A DNA stretch of 51,367 nt from Octopus sinensis (Eukaryota). Numbering within the stretch: the first letter of the stretch is position 1; every line of letters begins with the position of its first letter. Below the pieces are notes generated by a model that worked only from the letters and a program-made list of their open reading frames with translations, had not been told where the DNA came from and did not search any database. Positions 24,110 to 34,829 of this stretch are shown here, one piece after another. The DNA is taken from NCBI RefSeq assembly GCF_006345805.1, contig NW_021834014.1, positions 1 through 51,367 on the forward strand. The letters are read 5' to 3'. The position numbers and the translations under genes are program-made.

Positions 24110-24350
24110 TTAGATGATGAATTTCTATTCTTTTACTTGTTTCAGTCATTTGACTGTGGCCATGCTGGAGCACCACCTTTAGTAAAACAAATCAACCCCA
24201 CGACTTATTCTACTAAATCCACTCACAAGGCTTTGGTCAGCCTGAGGCTATAGTAGAAGACATTTGCCCAAGGTACCACATGGAGGGACTGAACCTGGAA
24301 CCATGTGGTTGGGAAGCAAGTTTCTTACCACACAACCACTCCTGTGCCTG
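24110..24350 (-). mobile_element. tRNA-derived SINE, internally deleted
   Basis: ttgtttcagtcatttgactgtggccatgctggagcac 3' end and ggactgaacc...accactcctg head. Confidence 0.85.
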
Positions 24351-25221
24351 TATAAATTTTATTCCATGTGTTTAATTTGCTTATCTGCATAATTGCCTCT
24401 ATACCTGCTCAACTTGATCCCTCTGATAGTCTTTCTTTACCTTGTGGAATGATCCCCTGAAGTCTAAGTTTGAATCTTTTGAGCACTACAGAGAGTCTCT
24501 GGATCTCATCTGTGAACTATATATATACTAGCAGTATCGCCCGGCGTTGCTCGGGTTTGTAAGGGAAATAATTCTATAAGCATTTTTAGAGATGTAAAGT
24601 ATAATAGCCATCTCAATATGGCTAACCACAAAGGGGGAGGGGTGTTACTGTAGGTTTTTACGTTCTGAGATTTAATAATAAATTTTAGAGAGTTACTTCC
24701 CTTATATATGTCAAAAATGGATTAAAAATGGGAAAAATTGATGGTAAATTTTTTTAAAATCGTAGACTCATCGTAGACGCACGCTAATAGCCAGACGGTC
24801 TCGATATGAATCACGACTGCACGACTGCACCGCAAAATGTGGGAGTAGTTAGGAATCTAAATCGTAGGAGACAGACACACAACCTCACTTTTACATATAA
24901 AGATTTCCTCTATTTACATAATATTGAGGTCTCTTTCTTTCTTTTGTTATCTTACTGTTTTTACCAATATACTCTTTACTCTTTTACTCTTTTACTTGTT
25001 TCAGTCATTTGACTGCGGCCATGCTGGAGCACCACCTTTTAGTACTTATTCTATCGGTCTCTTTTTGCCGAGCTGCTAAGTGACGGGGACCTAAACACAC
25101 CAGCATCGGTTGTCAAGCAATGCTAGGGGGACAAACACAGACATATATATATATATAGTTACAGAGATGTACTTGCATAGCAAGTGACTTGATCTGAGAT
25201 CGTGTGCTGGAACGAAAACAG

Positions 25222-25479
25222 TTGCAGCGTTGAAGGTGTTTATAAGCTATTTAAGAAACACACAAAAACCGTTAGATTCACTTCAACATTTAAATTTAAT
25301 TTGTCAAAATATTTTCGTCGCTTTGAGACCGCGACCTGTTAGCACGATATTTTTGTCAGTGAACAGGTCGCGGTCTCAAAGCGACGAAAATATTTTGGCA
25401 AATTAAATTTAATGTTGAAGTGAATGTAACGGTTTTTGTGTGTTTCTTAAATGGCTTAGAAACACCTTCCACGCTGCAA
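25222..25479. repeat. Palindrome (about 118-bp arms, 21-nt loop) inside the composite Helitron; duplicate at 27633-27887
   Basis: 25222-25340 is the reverse complement of 25362-25479 with a few mismatches. Confidence 0.93.
25352..25402 (+). ncRNA. Hammerhead-like motif with swapped 3:8 pair (GUGAACA core); duplicate at 27760-27810
   Basis: UUUGUCA-GUGAACA-G-GUCGC GGUCUCAAA GCGAC-GAAA-AUAU-UU-UGGCAAA; 7-bp stem I, 5-bp stem II, AAUAUU palindromic stem III. Confidence 0.6.
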
Positions 25480-25849
25480 TATATATATACACACATATAT
25501 ATATATGTATGTATGTATGTATGTGTGTATATGTGTATGCATGTATGTGTGTGTGTGTGCGTGTCTGTGCTTGTGATTGTCCTCCACCACTGCTTGACAA
25601 CGAATGTTGGTTTGTTTACATCCCTGTCACCTAGTGGTTTGACAAAGGAAACAGATAGAATAAGTACAATGCTTACAAAAATAAAACTGGAGTTGATTCA
25701 TTAAACTACAATTCTTCAAGGCATTGCCCCAGCATGGCCACAGACCAATGGCTGGAAAAAGTAGAAGAATAAAAGAATACATTCTCTGCTTTGGTCTTAT
25801 GTTCAAGGCATGAGAAAGCTTGAGTTTACATGAGAAGGCCTAACAGACC

Positions 25850-26110
25850 TGGTAGAAACAGCAGCCAAATCTCCCTCAAATCACACCTTACTGTCTTATG
25901 TATGTATATATAATGAGCCAATGAGGGGGACCTCTACATGGTAGCTAGACCTGGTAGAAATAGCAGCCAAATTTCCCCCAAATCACACCTTACTGTCTTA
26001 TCTATGTATATATGTATGTATGAGCCTATGAGGGAGACCCCTACATGGCAGCTAGACATGGTAGAAATAGCAGCCAAATCTCCCTCAAATCACACCTTAC
26101 TGTCTTATCT
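25850..26110. repeat. Three tandem copies (about 100-bp period) of a short dispersed repeat
   Basis: gtagaaatagcagccaaatctccctcaaatcacacc; related copies near 325, 14635, 14735, 18330 and (opposite strand) 44800. Confidence 0.8.
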
Positions 26111-26218
26111 TTCTGCTACTTGGATATAGGTCTTATATTGGTCGTAAAAAACTTTCCTGTCACACACTCACGCACACGCACACACACACACACACGCACC
26201 CTCACACACACACACGCG

Positions 26219-26249
<31 letters not shown>

Positions 26250-26919
26250 ACACGCACATTAGCTTACAATTTTATTTATATATTTGTGTGTCTATGTGTG
26301 GAAAGAGGAAGTGGGAGGCAGAGTGAAAGAATCACTCACTACAGTAAGTGAATTACTTTCATTTTATTCGCTGCCCACTGTGTGTGTGCGTTTGCGTGTG
26401 GTGTAAACCAGACTAAGAAAAGCATTTGACACACACACCAGAATGTGAGTTTTCTGTAAATTTTGCTTAATTGGAGTTTAAATTTAAAAAACTGGACCTG
26501 GCATGACGCGATGCATTCTACTCTTAAAATTGCTAGGTAAATTGTAATTGAAGAAATCCTATATTGTAGATTTGTATAACTCCCAAAGGGAGGCAGATAA
26601 AATCTGCCTTTTATAATAAGAGATTAACTTGAAAATTTTGTGCATTGTAGAAGAATAACCATAATAACTCATAATTTATAAAAAAATTTTATATGGATCT
26701 CCAAGAGTCATGTGGACCCCAGTTGAGATCCACTGAATGAGGCTATCTGCCACACTTGCAAATACTTTGACCGCGCTTCGATGTCACTAACAACTTATAA
26801 ACAAATGTTTTCAATAAAGTATTCTTATAAACACTATCCAATACATTAACACCTGAATCGATAGGAATTCAGAATATAGACTGTGTAACGTTAGTAAATA
26901 AACACTTTTTATAACAACA

Positions 26920-27905
26920 CTAGCAGTATCGCCCGGCGTTGCTCGGGTTTGTAAGGGAAATAATTATATAAGCATTTTTAGAGATGTAAAGTATAATAGC
27001 CATCTCAATATGGCTAACCACAAAGGGGGAGGGGTGTTACTGTAGCTTTTTACGTTCTGAGATTTAATAATAAATTTTAGAGAGTTACTTCCCTTATATA
27101 TGTCAAAAATGGATTAAAAATGGGAAAAATTGATGGTAAATTTTTTTTTAAATCGTAGACTCATCGTAGACGCACGCTAATAGCCAGACGGTCTCGATAT
27201 GAATCACGACTATAAGATACCCGGTTTTGGTTAAACTGCACCGCAAAATGTGGGAGTAGTTAGGAATCTAAATCGTAGGAGACAGACACACAACCTCACT
27301 TTTATATATAAAGATTTCCTCTATTTACATAATATTGAGGTCTCTTTCTTTCTTTTGTTATCTTACTGTTTTTACCAATATACTCTTTACTCTTTTACTC
27401 TTTTACTTGTTTCAGTCATTTGACTGCGGCCATGCTGGAGCACCACCTTTTAGTACTTATTCTATCGGTCTCTTTTTGCCGAGCTGCTAAGTGACGGGGA
27501 CCTAAACACACCAGCATCGGTTGTCAAGCAATGCTAGGGGGACAAACACAGACATATATATATATATAGTTACAGAGATGTACTTGCATAGCAAGTGACT
27601 TGATCTGAGATCGTGTGCTGGAACGAAAACAGTTGCAGCGTTGAAGGTGTTTATAAGCTATTAGAAACACACAAAAACCGTTAGATTCACTTCAACATTT
27701 AAATTTAATTGTCAAAATATTTTCGTCGCTTTGAGACCGCGACCTGTTAGCACGATATTTTTGTCAGTGAACAGGTCGCGGTCTCAAAGCGACGAAAATA
27801 TTTTGGCAAATTAAATTTAAATGTTGAAGTGAATGTAACGGTTTTTTGTGTTTCTTAAATGGCTTAGAAACACCTTCCACGCTGCAATATATATATACAC
27901 ACATA

Positions 27906-27936
<31 letters not shown>

Positions 27937-28620
27937 GTGTATATGTGTATGCATGTATGTGTGTGTGTGTGCGTGTCTGTGCTTGTGATTGTCCTCCACC
28001 ACTGCTTGACAACGAATGTTGGTTTGTTTACATCCCTGTCACCTAGTGGTTTGACAAAGGAAACAGATAGAATAAGTACAATGCTTACAAAAATAAAACT
28101 GGAGTTGATTCATTAAACTACAATTCTTCAAGGCATTGCCCCAGCATGGCCACAGACCAATGGCTGGAAAAAGTAGAAGAATAAAAGAATACATTCTCTG
28201 CTTTGGTCTTATGTTCAAGGCATGAGAAAGCTTGAGTTTACATGAGAAGGCCTAACAGACCTGGTAAAACAGCAGCCAAATCTCCCTCAAATCACACTTA
28301 CTGTCTTATGTATGTATATATATATGAGCCAATGAGGGGGACCTCTACATGGTAGCTAGACCTGGTAGAAATAGCAGCCAAATTTCCCCCAAATCACACC
28401 TTACTGTCTTATCTATGTATATATGTATGTATGAGCCTATGAGGGAGACCCCTACATGGCAGCTAGACATGGTAGAAATAGCAGCCAAATCTCCCTCAAA
28501 TCACACCTAACTGTCTTATCTTTCTGCTACTTGGATATAGGTCTTATATTGGTCGTAAAAAACTTTCCTGTCACACACTCACGCACACGCATACACACAC
28601 ACACACACGCACCCTCACAC

Positions 28621-28658
<38 letters not shown>

Positions 28659-29028
28659 GCACGTTAGCTTACAATTTTATTTATATATTTGCGTGTCTAT
28701 GTGTGGAAAGAGGAAGTGGGAGGCAGAGTGAAAGAATCACTCACTACAGTAAGTGAATTACTTTCATTTTATTCGTTGCCCACTGTGTGTATGCGTTTGC
28801 GTGTGGTGTAAACCAGACTAAGAAAAGCATTTGACACACACACCAGAATGTGAGTTTTCTGTAAATTTTGCTTAATTGGAGTTTAAATTTAAAAAACTGG
28901 ACCTGGCATGACGCGATGCATTCTACTCTTAAAATTGCTAGGTAAATTGTAATTGAAGAAATCCTATATTGTAGATTTGTATAACTCCCAAAGGGAGGCA
29001 GATAAAATCTGCCTTTTATAATAAGAGA
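26920..29028 (-). mobile_element. Composite Helitron copy B (2109 bp)
   Basis: Same termini and cargo as copy A; A|T junctions at both ends; 296-bp unique spacer between the copies. Confidence 0.85.
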
Positions 29029-29039
29029 TATATATATCA

Positions 29040-30001
29040 TCTCTTATTATAAAAGGTAGATTTTATCTGCCTCCCTTTGTCTCTTATAGAAATCTACAAT
29101 ATAGGATTTCTTCAATTACAATTTACCTAGCATTTTTAAGAGTAGAATGCATCGGGTCTTGCCAGGTCCACTTTTTAAAATTTCAACCCCAATTAAGCAA
29201 AATTTAGAGAAAACTCACATTGTGGTGTATAAGTCAAATGCTTTTCTTAGTGTGGGCTACAGCACACGCACACACACAGAGTGCAACGAATAAAGTGAAA
29301 GTAATTCACTTTTTGTAGTGACTGACTCTTTCACTCTGCATTCCCACTTCCTCTTTACACACATAGACACGCAAATATATAAATAAAATTGTAAGCTAAC
29401 GTGTGTGTGTGTGTGTGTGCGTGCGTGTGTGTGTGTGAGGGTGCGCGTGTGTGTGTGTGTGTGCGTGTGCGTGAGTGTGTGACAGGAAAGTGTTTTAGGA
29501 CGAATATAACACCTAAAGTATATCCAAGTAGCAGAAAGATCGCCCGAAAGTGTATATAGATATTTAAATGTATTTATATATTCATCTATACACAGATGTA
29601 TTGTATAATGTGGTGTATATATTCCATAGACGTAACCATTCACTCCGCACAAAGTTTTTAGGACGAAAATAAGATCTAAAGTTATCTCTAAGTAGCACAA
29701 AGATTGCCCAAAAGTGTATATAGATATATAAATGTATTTATATATTCATCTATGCACACATGTATGTATAACATGTGTGTATATATTTCCATAGAGGTAA
29801 CCATTCACTCCATACAAAGTTTTTTAGGACGAAAATAAGATCTAAAGTTATCTCTAAGAAACAGAAAGATCGACCAAAAGTGTATATAGATATTTAAATG
29901 TATTTATATATTCATCTATACACACATGTATGTATAATGTGCATGTATATATTTCCATAGAGGTAACCATTCAATCCATACAAAGTTTTTTAGGACGAAA
30001 A
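29040..30001 (+). mobile_element. Helitron-like family X element (5' TC, subterminal hairpin, TG microsatellite, tandem repeats)
   Basis: A|TCTCTTATTATAAAAGG; AGGTAGAT-TTT-ATCTGCCT hairpin; about 90 percent identical to the X part of copies A and B. Confidence 0.7.
29487..30001. repeat. About 165-bp tandem repeat, 3 units plus a partial unit
   Basis: aaagt(g/t)ttttaggacgaa at 29487, 29651, 29816 and 29982. Confidence 0.92.
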
Positions 30002-30846
30002 TATTCATATATAAAAGAAATGTTGTGTGTCTGTCTACTCCGATTTAGATTCCTAACTACTCCCACATTTTGCGATGCAGTTTAACCAAAACCGGGTATC
30101 TTATAGTCGTGATTCATATCGAGCCCTTCTGGGTATTAGCGCGCGTCTACGATGAGTCTATGATTTTACAAATAATTTACCATCATTTTTTTCCATTTTA
30201 ATGCATATTTTTTAAATAAAGGGAAGTAACTCTCAAACTTCACACCAATATGCGTGCTCATATGCGACGTAATATCACATCAGCAGCATTTCCTCACACC
30301 CTCCTTGCACTTGGCGAAGGCAAAATACCAGGGATGAAAATGGTAATATTGCCATCGATTCCATTTGTACCATTGTTAAGACGCCTTCTGATCTCAGAGA
30401 TGCAGTGTTCCCAGATCTACAAGCTAATTATCAGAATATGGATTGGATTGGCAAAAAGGCTATACTGGCCCCGAGGAATAAAACTGTTCACCATATTAAT
30501 GATGAAATGCTAAAACTCATTCCTGGGGAAGTCTATGTATATCAGTCTATCGATACAACTCCTGACCTAGAGGACGTCATCAACTATCCAATAGAGGTAC
30601 TCAATTCCTTTGAGCACCCCGGACTACCACCACACTTTCTCAAACTTAAAGTTGGTGCCCCTATAATGCTCATCAGAAATTTGGTTCCCCCAAAACAATG
30701 CAATGGCACACGTTTGATCGTTAAGTCCTTATCTCCCACCGTAAACTTATATCAATATTTGCCTGAATAATCATCATAATTCAGTGCAATCATTAACAGT
30801 ACTTTCAAGCAATTCAGCCCCGAGCAACGCCGGGCAATTCTGCTAG
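30002..30846 (+). mobile_element. Helitron deletion derivative retaining a PIF1-like helicase fragment
   Basis: 5' about 220 bp matches family Y; LTxNMRAH..LLALGEGKIP, AILAPRN, NSFEHPGLPPHFLKLKVGAPIMLIRNL..CNGTRL; 3' cccgagcaacgccggg hairpin then CTAG|T. Confidence 0.92.
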
Positions 30847-31905
30847 TATACTATAAAAGTATAGAGGTAACCATTCTATGTTTGTTTTTAATACAATATA
30901 GAATTTCTTCAATTGGAATTTAGCTATGATTTTTCGAAGTAGATTCAATTGGGTCATGGCATATAAATATTTTTCAATTTGACCCCCAATTAAGCAAAAA
31001 TTCGATAAAACTAAATATTTTACGATTTGCCTCTCTCATTTCAACTTTTACTCAAAATATTACCACACTTTCTGCTACTTTCTCTTTGCAAGTGTACACC
31101 ACTATTATATCCTCTTTCTACCACTCTTATTCAACATCACACATTCTGCTACTTTCTCTTATTAATGCTTAAACCACTCCTCAAAAAAAAATATACAGAG
31201 AGGAAACAGAGAAAAAAATAAATACATAACGATTTACTCCTCACACACACACATAGACACGCAAACATATACATATATGACAGTGACAAACACAAATGTT
31301 TCAAACAACTACATACAAACACTCAAACACACACGTGTGTGTTTGTTATTAGTAAAAAAAGGCGCGAAACACAATTCACTTTCTCATTCGAACACATTTG
31401 CAAACACACACCAACAATTCACTGACATATGGTGAAAATTACCCATATTTACTTACCCATGCTTCATTCCCCGCTTGCCTACATAGGGCATCCATTCTCT
31501 TTTAACACAGCATGAAAGCTATTATGGCCAAGACCAAGCTAGAGCATACGTGTTCGTAAGACATATAGCCGCTCACATTATGAGTTACACTATTACACCA
31601 ATTGTACTGGGACTGTTGTCTAGTTCCCGTTAGTTTTTAGTGTCGAGGAAACAAAAGTTTCTCGAGAATGAACAAAAAAAAAACACTCCTACATTTCACA
31701 AAGGTCTTTAAGAAACGATAGGAAGTAAGTTCAGTTGAAGAAAAGAGATGGGTTTAAGCAAATCAGACGGTCGAATTGCCATGATAACTCAACACAAAAG
31801 GTAAGTTGGTTTTTAATTTACTTTCTGTCGCTAAGTTTTGGTAGTATTAATTTGGGAGCGTACTTCAGTTGTCAATTGTTGAAAGAAAGAAATTGTAAGC
31901 TAAGA

Positions 31906-31950
<45 letters not shown>

Positions 31951-32113
31951 TGCGTGCATGTGTGTGTGTGGGTGTGTGTGTAGGAAGTGAAGGATAAAAA
32001 TATGGCAAGAAGTGGACAGATGTACATATATACATACATACATCCATCCATACATACATACATACATGTGTGTGTGTGTATGTATGTATGTGTATTAATG
32101 TGTGTGTGTGTTA

Positions 32114-32504
32114 TCTCTCTCTATATAAAGCTGAAGTTGTCTGTGTGCGGCAGGTTTAGTAGCCTTCAACTAACATTATCTCCTCCGAGACCCTGTGGCG
32201 CAAGTTGACCAAAATTGAGAGTATGATAGAAGAAGGGTTGCTCTTCCTTCTGTAGAAGATAAAATTCAAATCGGATCATGTTAACACCAAAAATTATTTA
32301 CATCAAAAAGGTGCTTTTTTCTATGAAAATCCCTATTTTTTACGATTTTTTCACTGCTGTGTTGCCACTTTTCGGTGTATTTCAACCAGAAAAATGTTCA
32401 CTTGAAGAGATTAACAAGCTACATAATGCAAAATTTTTACTTTTCAAAAATTCCAATTCCAAAGGGTCGAAACAAACCCGAGCAACACCGGGCGATACTG
32501 CTAG
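32114..32504 (+). mobile_element. Non-autonomous Helitron, third family (own 5' end and body, family Y 3' end)
   Basis: A|TCTCTCTCTATATAAAG start; ends aaacccgagcaacaccgggcgatactgCTAG|T. Confidence 0.85.
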
Positions 32505-33285
32505 TTTATATATATACATATGCTTATATGAGTACAGGACGTCACTAATGGTGTAAATAACATGAAATACGTACACAAATGAGTTAAATAATTAAACAAC
32601 GAGACAAAAATGGAAAACAGGACCAGTAAATACAGAGAAAGGGCCCTTCGTCAATTGTCGAGCATTCAATGACAATATGAATCTTTAAAGACAGTTGTTC
32701 CCATAATTTCTGAAATAAAATTTAGGATTTATGGAGGGTCAAATTTGGGAAGAAAAAACCCATGACAGTGGAGACATAGAAGGAAACCGAATGAAAGCAA
32801 ACATGGAGGGTCATTAGAGCAGAATGAGAGGAAAATAGTGAATGCTGGGAGAAACATTTTCTTTTTAAATGAGAAAAGATAGAAGAGAGAGAGAAACACG
32901 TCTGCTCTTTTGAACGCCTGTAGAGGAAAAGAAAGATGGTCACGTGAGGAAAAGAAACACACACAAACAGATATACTTACATACATTATAATATTTTATT
33001 ACAGCTGAGGAGATACACAACTGACACGAAGGCCTATCATGAAACTATCAGCCCTTGCATCATTGCTGTGGCTTCCTAGCTATAATAAAATATAAGCACA
33101 TTAAGTATTGAGTTCTTTTTGTATAAATATTCTGTATGTGTGTACATGTTCATGCAAGTGAATCTATATGTTATTGCATGCATGTGTGTATATGTATGTA
33201 AATATATATAGATCTATAGTTCATCAGTAGAAATACAAGTGAAAACCCAATTTAAAAAAGAGTAAAAAAACAGTGGAGTCCTCAC

Positions 33286-33463
33286 ATCAACTTTCATTTT
33301 TGGATGGGAGTTCATGTAGTCAAACAGCTTCTTGTAGTTCTGATACTGCAGGTCCCATTCATTGGACTTGTCATACCGAAAGTCATCACCCAGAGGTATC
33401 AGTACAATGTTCTGTCGGTATAGCTGAGATTTCTTGCGGTACTGATCGAGTAACATTTCAGCC
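33286..33463 (-). CDS. MAN2A1: Golgi alpha-mannosidase II exon, 178 bp (contains PLGDDFRY acid/base region)
   Basis: (R)[59 protein letters not shown]; ccag acceptor, gtgag donor; phase joins AG|G with the previous exon. Confidence 0.97.
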
Positions 33464-33829
33464 CTGGTAAAGACAGAGAGAGACAAGCAGACACTCAGAC
33501 AAACTGACACAAGAAAAATGGCAACAGATTAATTAATCTTTTTTTTTATGTTCATATTTCCTTGCTAGTATGGCTTAGATGACTATATTACTGAGGCATT
33601 GTTTAAAATTAGACACCCTTCCTATTGCTGATAATTCTTAACTGTTTCTCAAGTAAAGGATTTTTTGCTTCACACATTTTGAAAGTACAGTCATCACTTG
33701 AAACTCAGAGATTTGTAGAGAAGACATTTGCCCACAGTGCCACGTAATAGAATTGAAATCAAAAGGCATGTAGTTATAAAATGAACTTCAAACCACATGG
33801 TTATGCTAGTTTTGGTTTAGGTGGCATGA

Positions 33830-34420
33830 ATATTCTACAGGCAGAGAAATGGTGTGGATAAGGTGATTGAAGTAGTCAGGGTATGTGATAGAATTATTAC
33901 GCTAAGAATAACCTTGTTCAATAACAATGAATCTCTTCCATGGACTGCCTCAACAACAAAAGATGACAAAGTTCTCATAGTGGCAGGGGACTTCAATGGT
34001 CATGTTGGAAGACACCCTGATGGATTCCAGGGTGTGCATGGGGCTTTGGCTCAAGAAATGAGGAGGGTGGGGACAAGGCTACTGGGATTCTGTGATGCTC
34101 ATGGCTTACTGGTCTGCAACACCAACTTCAGGAAACTGGCCAATCTTCTGGTAGGCACACCAGCCAGATTGATTACATCTTCACCAGACACAATGACAGG
34201 TGTATTCTCATAAATGTAAAATCTTACCCAAGTGAAGAATGTACAACTCAACATAAGCTAGTGGTTAGTGATTTCAGACTTAGGGCCAGAAGGATCCAAA
34301 GACACAAGCTAATATGGAAAAGGAGGTTATGGAATGTCAAGTATCCTTCAAATGGGCAGGGATTTAGTGATGTTCTTAATGAGACCTTTGATGAGAAGGA
34401 AAGAGGAATAGAGACATATT
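33830..34420 (+). mobile_element. Degenerate RTE endonuclease fragment
   Basis: VVRVCDRII, VAGDFNGHVG, CNTNFRK. Confidence 0.85.
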
Positions 34421-34829
34421 CTTTCACTCATGAAAATTTATCACACGTTCACATAGTCTTTCGTCTCTAATTTCATCTCTAATCTTGTCTTTCTCCAAAT
34501 CCAGGAACCATTCCGCTCGCGTGTTCTGACCCCCCACCCACTGGCTCATCTATTGGCCTTCATTCTGTCTAATTCCTACATTATATGCCGATAGATATCT
34601 ATCGGCCTTTTTCTGTCTCTTAATTCCTAGCCCATGGTTGCCAGTTCGCGGCAGTACAAACGCCCCCACCCCCTCGACCTGTACTGAAAGTCCCTATCTC
34701 GTCTTCCTTTGCTTGTCTCCCATGAACACCTAAAGGCTTTACGCCAACCCCACCCCTACTATATAAGGTAGTGATCATACAGTGCAAAACATGATAGTTT
34801 AGTGTAAGCAGGTTGAACTTAAGATCATT

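Larger units (their letters stand above)
24528..26623 (-). mobile_element. Composite Helitron copy A (2096 bp): family X 5' end, cargo, complete family Y element
   Basis: On the minus strand begins A|TCTCTTATTATAAAAGG and ends hairpin-CTAG|T; highly similar to 26920-29028 with unrelated flanks. Confidence 0.85.

Noticed and set aside
24528-29028. Plain tandem duplication or CRISPR-like array
   Set aside because: Boundaries coincide with Helitron termini and flanks are unrelated; no short repeat-spacer periodicity. Assembly artefact is not fully excluded because several differences are homopolymer indels
17860-32208. Many ORFs rich in YIYI, HTHT or VCVC
   Set aside because: Translations of (TA)n and (CA)n microsatellites
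32635-32662. Minus-strand TTGACGAAGGGCCC resembling a PLE hammerhead 5' half
   Set aside because: No GAAA half or stem I partner found nearby
33005-33052. CTGAGGA-GATA...TATC-AT-GAAAC hammerhead-like string
   Set aside because: Extra bases before GAAA, no G16.2 and no convincing stem I; at best a decayed copy
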